Source: Flavobacteriaceae bacterium
GTDB taxonomy: Bacteria > Bacteroidota > Bacteroidia > Flavobacteriales > Flavobacteriaceae
Length of the DNA: 43,901 nucleotides
NCBI GenBank assembly: GCA_026988075.1
Contig: JALSLZ010000156.1
Coordinates: forward strand, 1 to 43,901
Direction: 5' to 3'
Part shown: piece after piece, positions 1 to 8,925 of the stretch
Numbering within the stretch: the first letter of the stretch is position 1
Layout of the letters: every line of letters begins with the position of its first letter
Program-made: the position numbers and the translations under genes
The notes under the pieces: generated by a model
What the model was told of the DNA's origin: nothing
What the model saw: only the letters and a program-made list of their open reading frames with translations
Databases searched by the model: none

Positions 1-126
1 ATTAAAAAACATGGAAGAAAAGCAATTACTATTTTTAAATATGGTTTAAACTACATTACAAACTGTTTGTTAAACGCTTTAAATCAGGGGAATATAAATA
101 TTATGAAATTTTTGTCATGTACTTAG
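1..126 (+). CDS. 3' end of a CDS entering from beyond the left edge; product unknown, possibly a transposase C-terminus
   Basis: Frame 1 is open from base 1 to TAG at 124-126 and reads IKKHGRKAITIFKYGLNYITNCLLNALNQGNINIMKFLSCT*. It is too short and partial for the supplied track. The HGRKA..F.YGL ending reminds me of IS4-like transposase C-termini, but that is memory only. Confidence 0.25.
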   Translation: MKKHGRKAITIFKYGLNYITNCLLNALNQGNINIMKFLSCT

Positions 127-436
127 AGGGTTGTCCTATTTCATAATTCCGATCCTTTTCATTTAGACTTGAATTTATTATCTTTTTGTAATAATTTAAG
201 AAATTTTCCTCATCATTATTTTCGATATAGTACCAAAGAATATTTCCTAATGCAGTTCCGTATGTACTTGATGGTTTATTCGATTTTTTTTCTACTTTTT
301 TCCAAATTTTAAAAGCCTTTTCTTTTTTCCCATTTTCATATAATTGAATTCCTTTATCAATCTTAATATCAAGTTTGTCTTGAGTAAAACTGTTTATAGA
401 TAATAGCATAAAAATGAAAAGAAAAAGGTTTTTCAT
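101..436 (-). CDS. small secreted hypothetical protein with TPR-like helical repeats, possibly truncated
   Basis: 111-aa ORF with a signal-like N-terminus (MKNLFLFIFMLLSINSFTQ). K/E-rich helix pairs follow (GIQLYENGKKEKAFKIWKKV, ILWYYIENNDEENFLNYYKKII). The last ~9 codons overlap the convergent partial ORF at 1-126. Confidence 0.5.
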   Translation of the reverse strand: MKNLFLFIFMLLSINSFTQDKLDIKIDKGIQLYENGKKEKAFKIWKKVEKKSNKPSSTYGTALGNILWYYIENNDEENFLNYYKKIINSSLNEKDRNYEIGQPSKYMTKIS

Positions 437-479
437 TCGTGTCTTTTTGTTGATGTTTTATAAAAATAAAAATAACAAT

Positions 480-1400
480 TTATCGCTGTGAATCGATAAA
501 TTCGTTTAATTCTTCCATACTGCTTTCAAAAGTAAAAACATCGCTTAATTTCCAATAATTTTCTGGGTTGTAACAAAACGGATATGCATATTTGGCAAAG
601 GTTAATTTGGTATCTTCAAAAGTAAACAGTGCTGTTATTTTTTTAATTTGCGTTGCGGTTAAGCAATTTCTTTTTACAATTTGTTTTGCTAATGATAATT
701 TAGTTTCTGAAAACGACTTACTTTTAATTGACTCTAAAGCTTGTCTGTAATCTGCATTGTTTAAGGTATAACAATCCACTTCATTAGTTGATGATAGGTC
801 ATTGCTTATGAGGTTTCCAGATGTAGTTGTGGTAGTTGTTGTCGTTGTCTGTGTTGTTACATTACCTAAATTATCGTTTATGTTTACATTCATACCCATA
901 TTAACTCCTCCAATATTTACGCCAACATCAATATGTTCTCCATTAGAAGAAGTTGTCGTTGTTTGGGTTGTAGTTATTGAATAATCTATATTTGGCATTG
1001 GCGCACTATTATGATGAATTATAGTTACGTTTTCGGTTGCAGGCTTGTAATCTTTAAAAGGCGTAAAAGAATAGTAGCGTAATATTAATTTGCCTTTTCT
1101 ATTTTTTTTAATTTTATAGGTTACATTTCCTTTTTTTTCATCTTGACTAATAACATTTAGAAAACTTTTTTTAATGGATGGAATTGATTTGTTTGCAAAA
1201 ACAATTTTAGTATCATAATAATCTTTTTCTAAATAATCAACAGTTATGTTAATTTCTGGTTTTTGATTTTGTCTAATTCCGTTTAGAAATAGATAAAAAC
1301 CTTGATTATCTTCAGAGAAAATGGTTAAGCTACTCGTGTTTTGAGCAAAAATTAGTTGTGTTATTAAAATTATTACGGTACTAAGTATTATTTTTTTCAT
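480..1400 (-). CDS. DUF4476 domain-containing secreted protein with a Thr-rich linker
   Basis: Signal peptide MKKIILSTVIILITQLIFAQ. Central T/N/G low-complexity region (TTTQTTTTSS ... TTQTTTTTTTTTSGN). The C-terminal ~90 aa (CYTLNNADYRQALESIKSKSFSETKLSLAKQIV...FTFEDTKLTFAKYAY) match my memory of the Bacteroidota DUF4476 domain. Confidence 0.6.
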   Translation of the reverse strand: MKKIILSTVIILITQLIFAQNTSSLTIFSEDNQGFYLFLNGIRQNQKPEINITVDYLEKDYYDTKIVFANKSIPSIKKSFLNVISQDEKKGNVTYKIKKNRKGKLILRYYSFTPFKDYKPATENVTIIHHNSAPMPNIDYSITTTQTTTTSSNGEHIDVGVNIGGVNMGMNVNINDNLGNVTTQTTTTTTTTTSGNLISNDLSSTNEVDCYTLNNADYRQALESIKSKSFSETKLSLAKQIVKRNCLTATQIKKITALFTFEDTKLTFAKYAYPFCYNPENYWKLSDVFTFESSMEELNEFIDSQR

Positions 1401-1456
1401 TAGATGTGTTTTAGAATTGTTAAGATGGCAAATTTAATGCCATATTTGTATTTGTT

Positions 1457-2164
1457 TTAATTACATTCGTTGTTTAATTCCGCCACAAATTTTAATGGCT
1501 CAACAGCATCATTAACCGAAAATTCGCCAATTTTAGTACGTCTTAATTCACTTAAATGTCCGCCAGATTTCAATGCCAATCCAAAGTCATAAGCAAGTGA
1601 ACGTATGTAAGTTCCTTTACTGCAAATTACTCTAAAGGTTACTTTAGGTAAATTTATTTTAGTTATTTCAAATTGATGTATGGTAACTTGTCTGTGTTTT
1701 ATTTCAACGGTTTCGCCAGCTCTTGCAATTTCATAAAGGCGCTTTCCATCTTTTTTTATTGCAGAAAAAATAGGTGGTTTTTGGTTTATTTCGCCTGTAA
1801 ACTGTTTGGTGGTATTGTAAATCAATTCGTCTGAAATATGATCTATTGGGAACGTTTTATCGATATCGGATTCTAAATCGTACGAAGGTGTTGTAGCGCC
1901 AAGTGTTATTGTGCCTGTATATTCTTTTGTCTGCGCTTGATATTCGTGTATTTTTTTTGTGAATTTACCAGTGCAAATAATTAACAATCCTGTTGCTAAA
2001 GGATCTAAAGTACCAGCATGACCAACTTTTATTTTTTTAATACCAAACGTCTGCCTAATATGCCAGCGTAATTTATTAACTACCTGAAAAGAAGTCCAAG
2101 TTAAAGGTTTGTCTATTAGTAAAACTTGACCAGTTTTAAAATCTTCTAAGGTGCGTTTTGTCAT
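1457..2164 (-). CDS. truB: tRNA pseudouridine(55) synthase
   Basis: 235 aa. Catalytic-Asp motif GHAGTLDPLATGLL, and typical TruB length and order (LIDKPLTWTSFQVV...). Confidence 0.95.
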   Translation of the reverse strand: MTKRTLEDFKTGQVLLIDKPLTWTSFQVVNKLRWHIRQTFGIKKIKVGHAGTLDPLATGLLIICTGKFTKKIHEYQAQTKEYTGTITLGATTPSYDLESDIDKTFPIDHISDELIYNTTKQFTGEINQKPPIFSAIKKDGKRLYEIARAGETVEIKHRQVTIHQFEITKINLPKVTFRVICSKGTYIRSLAYDFGLALKSGGHLSELRRTKIGEFSVNDAVEPLKFVAELNNECN

Positions 2165-2201
2165 TTATTTCTATCCTTTTTTATCTCTTATTCTCAATTT
2201 A

Positions 2202-3008
2202 TTACACGCTCAATTTAAAAATAGTAAAATGTATAATAAGTAAAACAATTCCTAAAATTATTCGGTAATAACCAAAAACTTTAAATCCTTTTTTACTCAA
2301 ATAATCAATGAATGATTTAATGGCAATTAATGCGACAATAAAAGCAATAATATTTCCTATAATTAAATAATTAATTTGCGAACTGCTAAGCTCAAAACCA
2401 GCTTTATAATATTTATAAATTTTATAAGCAGTTGCTCCAAACATGGTAGGAACAGCTAAAAAGAATGAAAATTCAGCAGCTACTTTTCTACTTAATTTTT
2501 GAGTCATACCGCCAACAATACTTGCGCCACTTCTCGATGTGCCAGGAATCATAGCCAAACACTGATAAAAGCCTATTTTTAAAGCGGTAGCATAACTTAT
2601 TTCTACATTTGTTTGATTGTCATTATCGGTTGTTTCATTCGATTTAAACCAATCATCAACTTTAAGTAAAATAAAACCACCTATTATTAATGAAATCGCT
2701 ACAACTACAGGACTCTCTAATAACTCGTCAATAAAATCGTTTAGCAACAAACCTAATATTACAGCAGGAATAAAAGCGACTAGTAATTTGAAATAAAAAT
2801 CCATACTCTGAAAAAAACGTTTCCAATATAAAACGACCACAGCTAAAATTGCTCCAAGCTGAATAACAATGGTAAATAGTTTGGTAAAATCGTCGCTTGC
2901 AATATGCATAAACGATGAAGCAATAATCATATGTCCTGTTGAAGAAACAGGTAAATATTCGGTAATACCTTCAATGATAGCAAGAATAATGGCGTATAAG
3001 TAATTCAT
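2202..3008 (-). CDS. uppP: undecaprenyl-diphosphate phosphatase
   Basis: 268-aa polytopic membrane protein with the BacA/UppP motifs [14 protein letters not shown] and [10 protein letters not shown]. Confidence 0.95.
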   Translation of the reverse strand: MNYLYAIILAIIEGITEYLPVSSTGHMIIASSFMHIASDDFTKLFTIVIQLGAILAVVVLYWKRFFQSMDFYFKLLVAFIPAVILGLLLNDFIDELLESPVVVAISLIIGGFILLKVDDWFKSNETTDNDNQTNVEISYATALKIGFYQCLAMIPGTSRSGASIVGGMTQKLSRKVAAEFSFFLAVPTMFGATAYKIYKYYKAGFELSSSQINYLIIGNIIAFIVALIAIKSFIDYLSKKGFKVFGYYRIILGIVLLIIHFTIFKLSV

Positions 3009-3250
3009 TATTTGTTTGGGTTTAACATAATAGCGTAAATTTCAATACCTAAGCCAATTAGAACTAAGGTTGGCGCTAATCTAATTCTTCTAAAATTATA
3101 CATTTCAGGATTAAAAACATTTGGGTCATCACTTCCGCCGCCAGCCATCAAAATAAAACCCAAGATAATTACGCCAATACCAATTAGCATAAATTTATAA
3201 TTTTTTTTTCCGAAAAGGAATTGCATATTTGATTTTTGGTTTTTGCTCAT
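3008..3250 (-). CDS. DUF3098 domain-containing small membrane protein
   Basis: 80 aa with two predicted TM helices. Its stop overlaps the uppP start by 1 nt. This small gene sits upstream of uppP in Flavobacteriia from memory. Confidence 0.7.
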   Translation of the reverse strand: MSKNQKSNMQFLFGKKNYKFMLIGIGVIILGFILMAGGGSDDPNVFNPEMYNFRRIRLAPTLVLIGLGIEIYAIMLNPNK

Positions 3251-3287
3251 AATTTATATTTTAACTATTTTATTTTTGGTTCTACTG

Positions 3288-3295
3288 CAAATATA
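3288..3295 (-). promoter_or_regulatory. Bacteroidota -7 promoter box (TAtaTTTG) for the DUF3098-uppP(-truB) unit
   Basis: The minus strand reads TATATTTG, 38 nt upstream of the ATG at 3250. It matches the TAnnTTTG consensus. Confidence 0.45.
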
Positions 3296-3550
3296 GTGGG
3301 AAATTTTAACTTTGCTTAAAAAATAGCAAAACGAATGTCAGGATATTTTGATTTATTATGAGAATTGGCAAGTAGTAGATTTACGCAAAGGAAATACGAA
3401 TGCGAGTTGATTTTATCGAAAAAAATAATAAAACTAATTTTAGATTCTAATTTAAGAAACAAAATGGGTAATATAGTTATCAAAAATATTTAGAACTTCA
3501 AAACGAGATATATTTAGCCAATGGATTGAATTACTTAAAATTAAATAAAA

Positions 3551-4567
3551 CTATTTTATCATTTTAAAGCTAAAAGGTTCGCCTTTAATAAAATTATCAA
3601 TAAAATTTTTCCCTAAAATAGTATCGTAATGTTTAGTGTGCAATCCAAAACCAGGTCTAATGGATTTTACATTTTCTTTGGTAATTAGCTCTCCTTTTTT
3701 TACATCTTTAACTACAAATAGCGAACGTGAAAACTCCCTGCTTTTTGCTTTTTTTTCATCCATTTCATAAGTAACACGTCCTAACATTTTTTCAGCAGTT
3801 CTAACTGCTTTTACCATATTTGTAAATTCTGTTTCATCTAATGAAAAATGAGCATCTGCACCACCAATTTTTTTATCTAAAATAAAATGTTTCTCAATAA
3901 TTTGTGCTCCTAATGATACTGCTACTACTGGCGCTTCAATACCTGTTGTGTGGTCTGATAAACCTATATTTACATTGTATCTCGATGCAATATCTACCAT
4001 TGTTAACAGGTTTACATCTTCTGCTTTTGCAGGATAAGCAGATGTGCATTTTAATATAGTAATTTGATTATTACCTACTTCTTTACATGTTTTTATTGCA
4101 AGTTCAATATCTTCTTCAGTTGCAATACCTGTAGATATAATTATTGGTTTTCCTTTTGATGCTGCGTATTTGATTAGTGGAATGTCGGTTATTTCGAAAG
4201 AAGCTATCTTATAAATAGGAGTGTTTAATTCTTCTAAAAAATCTACTGCTGTAAAATCAAATGGTGATGAAAAACATACCAATCCTTCTTTTTTTGCAAG
4301 GTCAAACAATTCTTTATGCCATTTCCAAGGTAATGAGGCTTTTTTATATAAATCGTATAAATATTGTCCGTCCCAATGTGTGCCTTGGCTTATTTTAAAC
4401 AAGTCAGATTTTACATCAATGGTAATAGTATCTGCCGTATAGGTTTGTAGTTTTATAGCATCGGCACCAGCTCGTTTTGCTGCACGAATAGTTTCTTTGG
4501 CAATTTCAATATCTCCGCCATGATTCGCAGATAATTCTGCTATAATAAAACAATTTTTACTAAACAT
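3551..4567 (-). CDS. pseI: pseudaminic acid synthase (NeuB family)
   Basis: 338 aa. FIIAELSANHGGDIEIAKETIRAAKRAGADAIKLQTYTADT, HWDGQYLYDLYKKASLPWKWH, YKIASFEITD, GLSDHT and a C-terminal SAF domain. It is the last gene of the pse operon. Confidence 0.9.
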   Translation of the reverse strand: MFSKNCFIIAELSANHGGDIEIAKETIRAAKRAGADAIKLQTYTADTITIDVKSDLFKISQGTHWDGQYLYDLYKKASLPWKWHKELFDLAKKEGLVCFSSPFDFTAVDFLEELNTPIYKIASFEITDIPLIKYAASKGKPIIISTGIATEEDIELAIKTCKEVGNNQITILKCTSAYPAKAEDVNLLTMVDIASRYNVNIGLSDHTTGIEAPVVAVSLGAQIIEKHFILDKKIGGADAHFSLDETEFTNMVKAVRTAEKMLGRVTYEMDEKKAKSREFSRSLFVVKDVKKGELITKENVKSIRPGFGLHTKHYDTILGKNFIDNFIKGEPFSFKMIK

Positions 4568-6026
4568 TTTTTTCTAATTTATAGATGTAGCTTTCAATAT
4601 TATTAACAACTTCTTCTTTATATAAAATGTATTTTGCGTTTATAAAAGATTTAATCGAAGCGGTATTTTTCTTTTTTATGTATGCAAAAATAGGATAATC
4701 ATAATGCGAAAAGTATTTAATTGCCGATTTTTTTAATATTTCTGATGCCAAACCTTGACCTCTATACATTTTTGATATTAAAATGCCTATTGTTGTTTTT
4801 TTATTATTAATTTCAAATCGGACTATTCCCGATGGTTTATCATTAATTAATAGTATTAAAAATAAAACTTTTTCATCTTTTATTTTTTTATGAAACCATA
4901 AAACATGGCTATCGTATTCTATTTTTGTACTATTGTATGAATTTTTTCTTACTAAGTCATCATTAGACCATTTATATACTTGTTTTACATGTTCTTTATT
5001 TGCTTTAATAAAAGTAATATTCAATTTGTTTACCAGGCCTAAAAATCTATTTTTATTTCGTCCATCAAAAAGTTTTTTTTGCTGTTTCAGCTTTTCAAAA
5101 CTATGTTGATCATTAATAATTTTATTAATTTGAATTGTAAAATCTGATTTTGAATATTTTGAGAAATTACTTCCTTTATAGATAACATTATCCATAGATA
5201 ATTGGTTATAAATATTTTTTTGATTTGCTACATAATAACCTGAAAGGATTAACATTTTAACACAACATAATTCGTAGAGTATTGTACTGGCTGGTGAAAT
5301 TGCAAAATTTGATTGTTTCATAATTTCAACCATTTTTGCTTCAGAAGCATTTTGAATAATTTTAATTTTATTATTGTTTAATGCTAAATTAAAAATTTCT
5401 TTGTGTTGATATGCTGCTCCTAAAACAACATATATTGTTTTAAAAATTTCGTTTTCTAATAAGGCTTGTGTTGCTGTAAACGATAAATTATATTTATCAG
5501 AACCACCAAAACAAACAAAAGCTACATCTATATTTTTATTTTTAGGATGATTTTTGGCTTCGGCTAAAAATAGCGGTCTTAAAAGTGCATATTTTGTTCC
5601 CAAAGCAAATTGTGTGTAATTTTCTGATTTGTATGTAGATGTATCTAAATTTGGCGAATGATTAATTACAATGTCTGCGTACATATGTTCTTTATACAAA
5701 TCATCAATATAAATTAAATCAAACCCTAAGTTTTTAATTTGTTTTTGATAAGATGAAATAAATTGATAACCATCTGCAATGATAATGTGTTGATTTGCTT
5801 TAAATTTACTGTTTAACCAAGCAGGTTCATTATTTAAACTGATGTCTTTTGGTATTAATTGAATGGGATAATTGTTGGGAATAACCGAAGTGGTTGACGA
5901 ATGTTTAGAAATAAAAACAAACTCATAATCGTTTTTGAGCATTTCAACCAAAGCAAAAAGTCGGTATAAATGACCTAAGCCAGTTTCTGAATTTCCATCA
6001 GCTCTAAAGAGTAGTTTTTTTTTCAT
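4560..6026 (-). CDS. pseG: bifunctional PseG (UDP-2,4-diacetamido-2,4,6-trideoxy-beta-L-altropyranose hydrolase) / PseH-like GNAT N-acetyltransferase
   Basis: 488 aa. The N-terminal ~330 aa are PseG-like (LFRADGNSETGLGHLYRLFAL). The C-terminal ~150 aa are GNAT/PseH-like (DSHVLWFHKKI ... YRGQGLASEILKKSAIKYF). One uninterrupted ORF. Confidence 0.8.
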   Translation of the reverse strand: MKKKLLFRADGNSETGLGHLYRLFALVEMLKNDYEFVFISKHSSTTSVIPNNYPIQLIPKDISLNNEPAWLNSKFKANQHIIIADGYQFISSYQKQIKNLGFDLIYIDDLYKEHMYADIVINHSPNLDTSTYKSENYTQFALGTKYALLRPLFLAEAKNHPKNKNIDVAFVCFGGSDKYNLSFTATQALLENEIFKTIYVVLGAAYQHKEIFNLALNNNKIKIIQNASEAKMVEIMKQSNFAISPASTILYELCCVKMLILSGYYVANQKNIYNQLSMDNVIYKGSNFSKYSKSDFTIQINKIINDQHSFEKLKQQKKLFDGRNKNRFLGLVNKLNITFIKANKEHVKQVYKWSNDDLVRKNSYNSTKIEYDSHVLWFHKKIKDEKVLFLILLINDKPSGIVRFEINNKKTTIGILISKMYRGQGLASEILKKSAIKYFSHYDYPIFAYIKKKNTASIKSFINAKYILYKEEVVNNIESYIYKLEKNV

Positions 6027-6714
6027 GTAAAAGTTTATACTTAATTTCGGCTAATTTCCAATCTTCTATTGTATCAATATCTTGACCTTCAGATTCTTTA
6101 ATAACAATAACACCAGTATTATCAGTCCATAATTTTTTATTTAAAATAATTTTATCGGTATAAAACCAATAAAACTGTCCAGCATCATGATAGGCTTTTT
6201 CTAAGTCTTGCGAACGAGAATTAAGGTGTTTTGGTTGAAATAATTTCATTTTATTATTACTATCAATCTTTAAGGCTCGTTGGATAGGGAAACTAAAATT
6301 CATTACCGGAAAAACCGTGTCAAATTGATTGTTTATTAAAATTTTATAAGCACTTGTTATTGTTTTATCAGTAACAAATGGTGCAGTTGCGTATAAACAA
6401 CAAGTGGTTTTAAAAATTTTACCTTTGGCTTTGTAACATGTAATTACTTCATCTATTACATCAATAGTTGTGGCGTAATCGTTTGCATTTTTTTCACTTC
6501 TTAAAAACGGAACAGTTGCTCCATATTTTTTTGCAATTTTTGCTATGTCTAAATCATCTGTAGAAACCATGACTTCGTCAAATAAATTAGATACTAATGC
6601 TGCTTCAATAGCATATGCAATAATAGGTTTTCCTAAAAAAGGTTTAATGTTTTTTTTAAGGATTCTTTTAGAACCACTTCTTGCTGGTATGATGCATAAT
6701 TTACTCATTAACAA
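6004..6714 (-). CDS. pseF: pseudaminic acid cytidylyltransferase
   Basis: 236 aa. CIIPARSGSKRILKKNIKPFLGKPIIAYAIEAA and VSTDDLDIAKIAKKYGATVPFLR (CMP-sugar synthetase fold). The start may be Met3 at 6708. Confidence 0.85.
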   Translation of the reverse strand: MLMSKLCIIPARSGSKRILKKNIKPFLGKPIIAYAIEAALVSNLFDEVMVSTDDLDIAKIAKKYGATVPFLRSEKNANDYATTIDVIDEVITCYKAKGKIFKTTCCLYATAPFVTDKTITSAYKILINNQFDTVFPVMNFSFPIQRALKIDSNNKMKLFQPKHLNSRSQDLEKAYHDAGQFYWFYTDKIILNKKLWTDNTGVIVIKESEGQDIDTIEDWKLAEIKYKLLHEKKTTL

Positions 6715-7852
6715 ACTCTAATACTTTATTGATTACAAAATTTTGTTCCTCATTTTTTAAAGTAGGATACATTGGTAAACTAATACATTTGTCGTAGTAG
6801 TTCTCTGCATTTGCTAAGCTAGCCGAACCATAACCAATTTCTTTGTAATAAGGTAATTTATGAATAGGTATGTAATGTATTTGTGCATAGATGCCATTTT
6901 TTCGTAAAAAATTATATAAACCTTTTCTGTTTTCAACTTCAATTACAAATAAATGGTGTGCGTTGTAGCTGTTAGTTGGCAGTTCTTGATATTTTATTTT
7001 TTTACGAAATGCAGTTTTATAGTTGTCTGCAATTATATTTCGTTGTGTAACTCCTTTATTATTTTTTGCTAATTGCGATATTCCCAATGCAGATTGTATA
7101 TCAGTTAAACGATAATTAAAGCCTAATTCTTGCATTTCGTAATACCAATTACCATCGTTTTGAGTCATGTTATTTTTGGTAATACCATGCGAACGTAATA
7201 ATTGTAATTTTTCGTAAACTTTTTTCGAATTTGTAGTAACCATTCCGCCTTCACCACAAGCAATATGTTTTACAGGATGAAATGAAAAAATACCAATATC
7301 AGCATATTTTCCATTTCCACAGCGTTGTTTTTTGTTTTTTGAATCTATAAAATATCCGCCAGGAGCGTGGCAAGCATCTTCAATTATCCAAAGGTTATGT
7401 TTATTAGCTAAATCTCTAAATCCTTCTAAATTTATGGGTAAACCTGCAAAATCTACAGGAATAATGCCTTTAAAAAAACCTTTTGGTTTAGATTCTATTA
7501 ATTTTTTTGTGCTTTCTAAAGATAAAAGATAAGTGTCTTTATCAATATCTGCTAGCCAAACCTCTCCTTGATTATAACGAATACAATTTGCCGAAGCTGC
7601 AAAGGTAATCGGTGTGGTAATTACACGTTCTCCTTTTTTTAAGCCCATACTTGCTACTGCTATATGTAAACCAGATGTAGCATTGTTTACAGCAACTGCA
7701 TATTTGGCACCAATATATGCTGCAAATTTATCTTCAAACTCTTTTACTTTAGGACCTTGAGTTAAAAAATCTGCTTGTAAGGTTTCTATAACAGCATTAA
7801 TGTCATCTTGTTCAATAGATTGTCTTCCGTATGGAATAGCATATTTAGTCAT
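6701..7852 (-). CDS. pseC: UDP-4-amino-4,6-dideoxy-N-acetyl-beta-L-altrosamine transaminase (DegT/DnrJ/EryC1 family)
   Basis: 383 aa. IPYGRQSIEQDDINAV...FLTQGPKV, and the PLP-lysine region FSFHPVKHIACGEGG. Sits between pseB and pseF. Confidence 0.9.
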   Translation of the reverse strand: MTKYAIPYGRQSIEQDDINAVIETLQADFLTQGPKVKEFEDKFAAYIGAKYAVAVNNATSGLHIAVASMGLKKGERVITTPITFAASANCIRYNQGEVWLADIDKDTYLLSLESTKKLIESKPKGFFKGIIPVDFAGLPINLEGFRDLANKHNLWIIEDACHAPGGYFIDSKNKKQRCGNGKYADIGIFSFHPVKHIACGEGGMVTTNSKKVYEKLQLLRSHGITKNNMTQNDGNWYYEMQELGFNYRLTDIQSALGISQLAKNNKGVTQRNIIADNYKTAFRKKIKYQELPTNSYNAHHLFVIEVENRKGLYNFLRKNGIYAQIHYIPIHKLPYYKEIGYGSASLANAENYYDKCISLPMYPTLKNEEQNFVINKVLEFVNE

Positions 7853-8862
7853 TAGGCTTCAAAATTTGGATCAACATATTGTTTAATTAACTCACGTAAA
7901 CTTTCTACGGTTTCCCATGCTGTATTTTCGCCAGAATTATAATTAAATCCTTGCGTTACTATTTGTGCATTAAAGTGCTTTATATATTCTGAAATATTAA
8001 AGTTTGGTTTTTGGGGTAAAATAGCATAATATTTACCTAAATCGTATGTGGTAAATGAATCTGAAGCAGTAATCATTTCTTCATGAATTTTTTCTCCTGG
8101 TCTAATTCCGATTTCTTTTTGTTCACAATTAGGACATATAGCTGTTGCTACATCTACTATTTTATAAGATGGTATTTTTGGCACAAATATTTCTCCGCCC
8201 CAAGCGTTATCAATGGCATCGAAAACCATTTGACAACCATCTTCTAATGAAATATTAAAGCGTGTCATTCTTTTGTCTGTAATTGGCAGTATACCTTCTT
8301 TACGTTTGTTTAAGAAAAAAGGCATAACAGAGCCATTAGACCCCATAACATTTCCATAACGAACTACAGAAAATTTAATATCTCTTTTTCCTTTAATATT
8401 ATTTGCGGCAATAAATAATTTATCGCTTGTTAATTTGGTTGCTCCGTATAAGTTAATTGGTGCAGCGGCTTTGTCGGTAGAAAGTGCAACTACATTTTTT
8501 ACGCCAGATTCTAATGCTGCTTGAATAACATTTTCAGCACCAAGTACATTGGTTTTTATACATTCCATTGGGTTGTATTCGGCTAAATGTACATGTTTCA
8601 TGGCTGCTGCATGTATTACAACATCAATACCTTCAAAAGCTCTTAATAATCTTTCTTTATCTCTAACATCTCCAATGAAATAGCGTATTGCTTTATGCTC
8701 ATTTTCTGGAAACTCCATTCCCATTTGAAAGTGTTTTTGCTCATCTCTTGAGAAAATAACCAAACGTTTTACATTTGGGTATTTAGATAGAATAATTTTA
8801 GTAAACATTTTTCCAAATGATCCAGTTCCTCCAGTAATTAAAATTGATTTATTATTTAACAT
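7852..8862 (-). CDS. pseB: UDP-N-acetylglucosamine 4,6-dehydratase (inverting)
   Basis: 336 aa. SDR Rossmann motif ILITGGTGSFGK, catalytic YGATK, and FlaA1/PseB-like length. First gene of the operon. Confidence 0.9.
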   Translation of the reverse strand: MLNNKSILITGGTGSFGKMFTKIILSKYPNVKRLVIFSRDEQKHFQMGMEFPENEHKAIRYFIGDVRDKERLLRAFEGIDVVIHAAAMKHVHLAEYNPMECIKTNVLGAENVIQAALESGVKNVVALSTDKAAAPINLYGATKLTSDKLFIAANNIKGKRDIKFSVVRYGNVMGSNGSVMPFFLNKRKEGILPITDKRMTRFNISLEDGCQMVFDAIDNAWGGEIFVPKIPSYKIVDVATAICPNCEQKEIGIRPGEKIHEEMITASDSFTTYDLGKYYAILPQKPNFNISEYIKHFNAQIVTQGFNYNSGENTAWETVESLRELIKQYVDPNFEA

Positions 8863-8900
8863 GTTTTTTATTAAAATTCTTTTATTAAAAAGCTAAGGTA

Positions 8901-8908
8901 CAAAAATA
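8901..8908 (-). promoter_or_regulatory. -7 promoter box (TAttTTTG) for the pse operon
   Basis: The minus strand reads TATATTTTTGTAC, 39 nt upstream of the pseB ATG. The same 13-mer GTACAAAAATATA occurs in the trpS promoter. Confidence 0.45.
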
Positions 8909-8925
8909 TATACTTGTGCTTTTTA

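Noticed and set aside
802-984. 60-aa + strand ORF (poly-Val) inside the DUF4476 gene
   Set aside because: It is the antisense reading of the ACN (Thr) codon tract, has low complexity and lies wholly within a better-supported gene.
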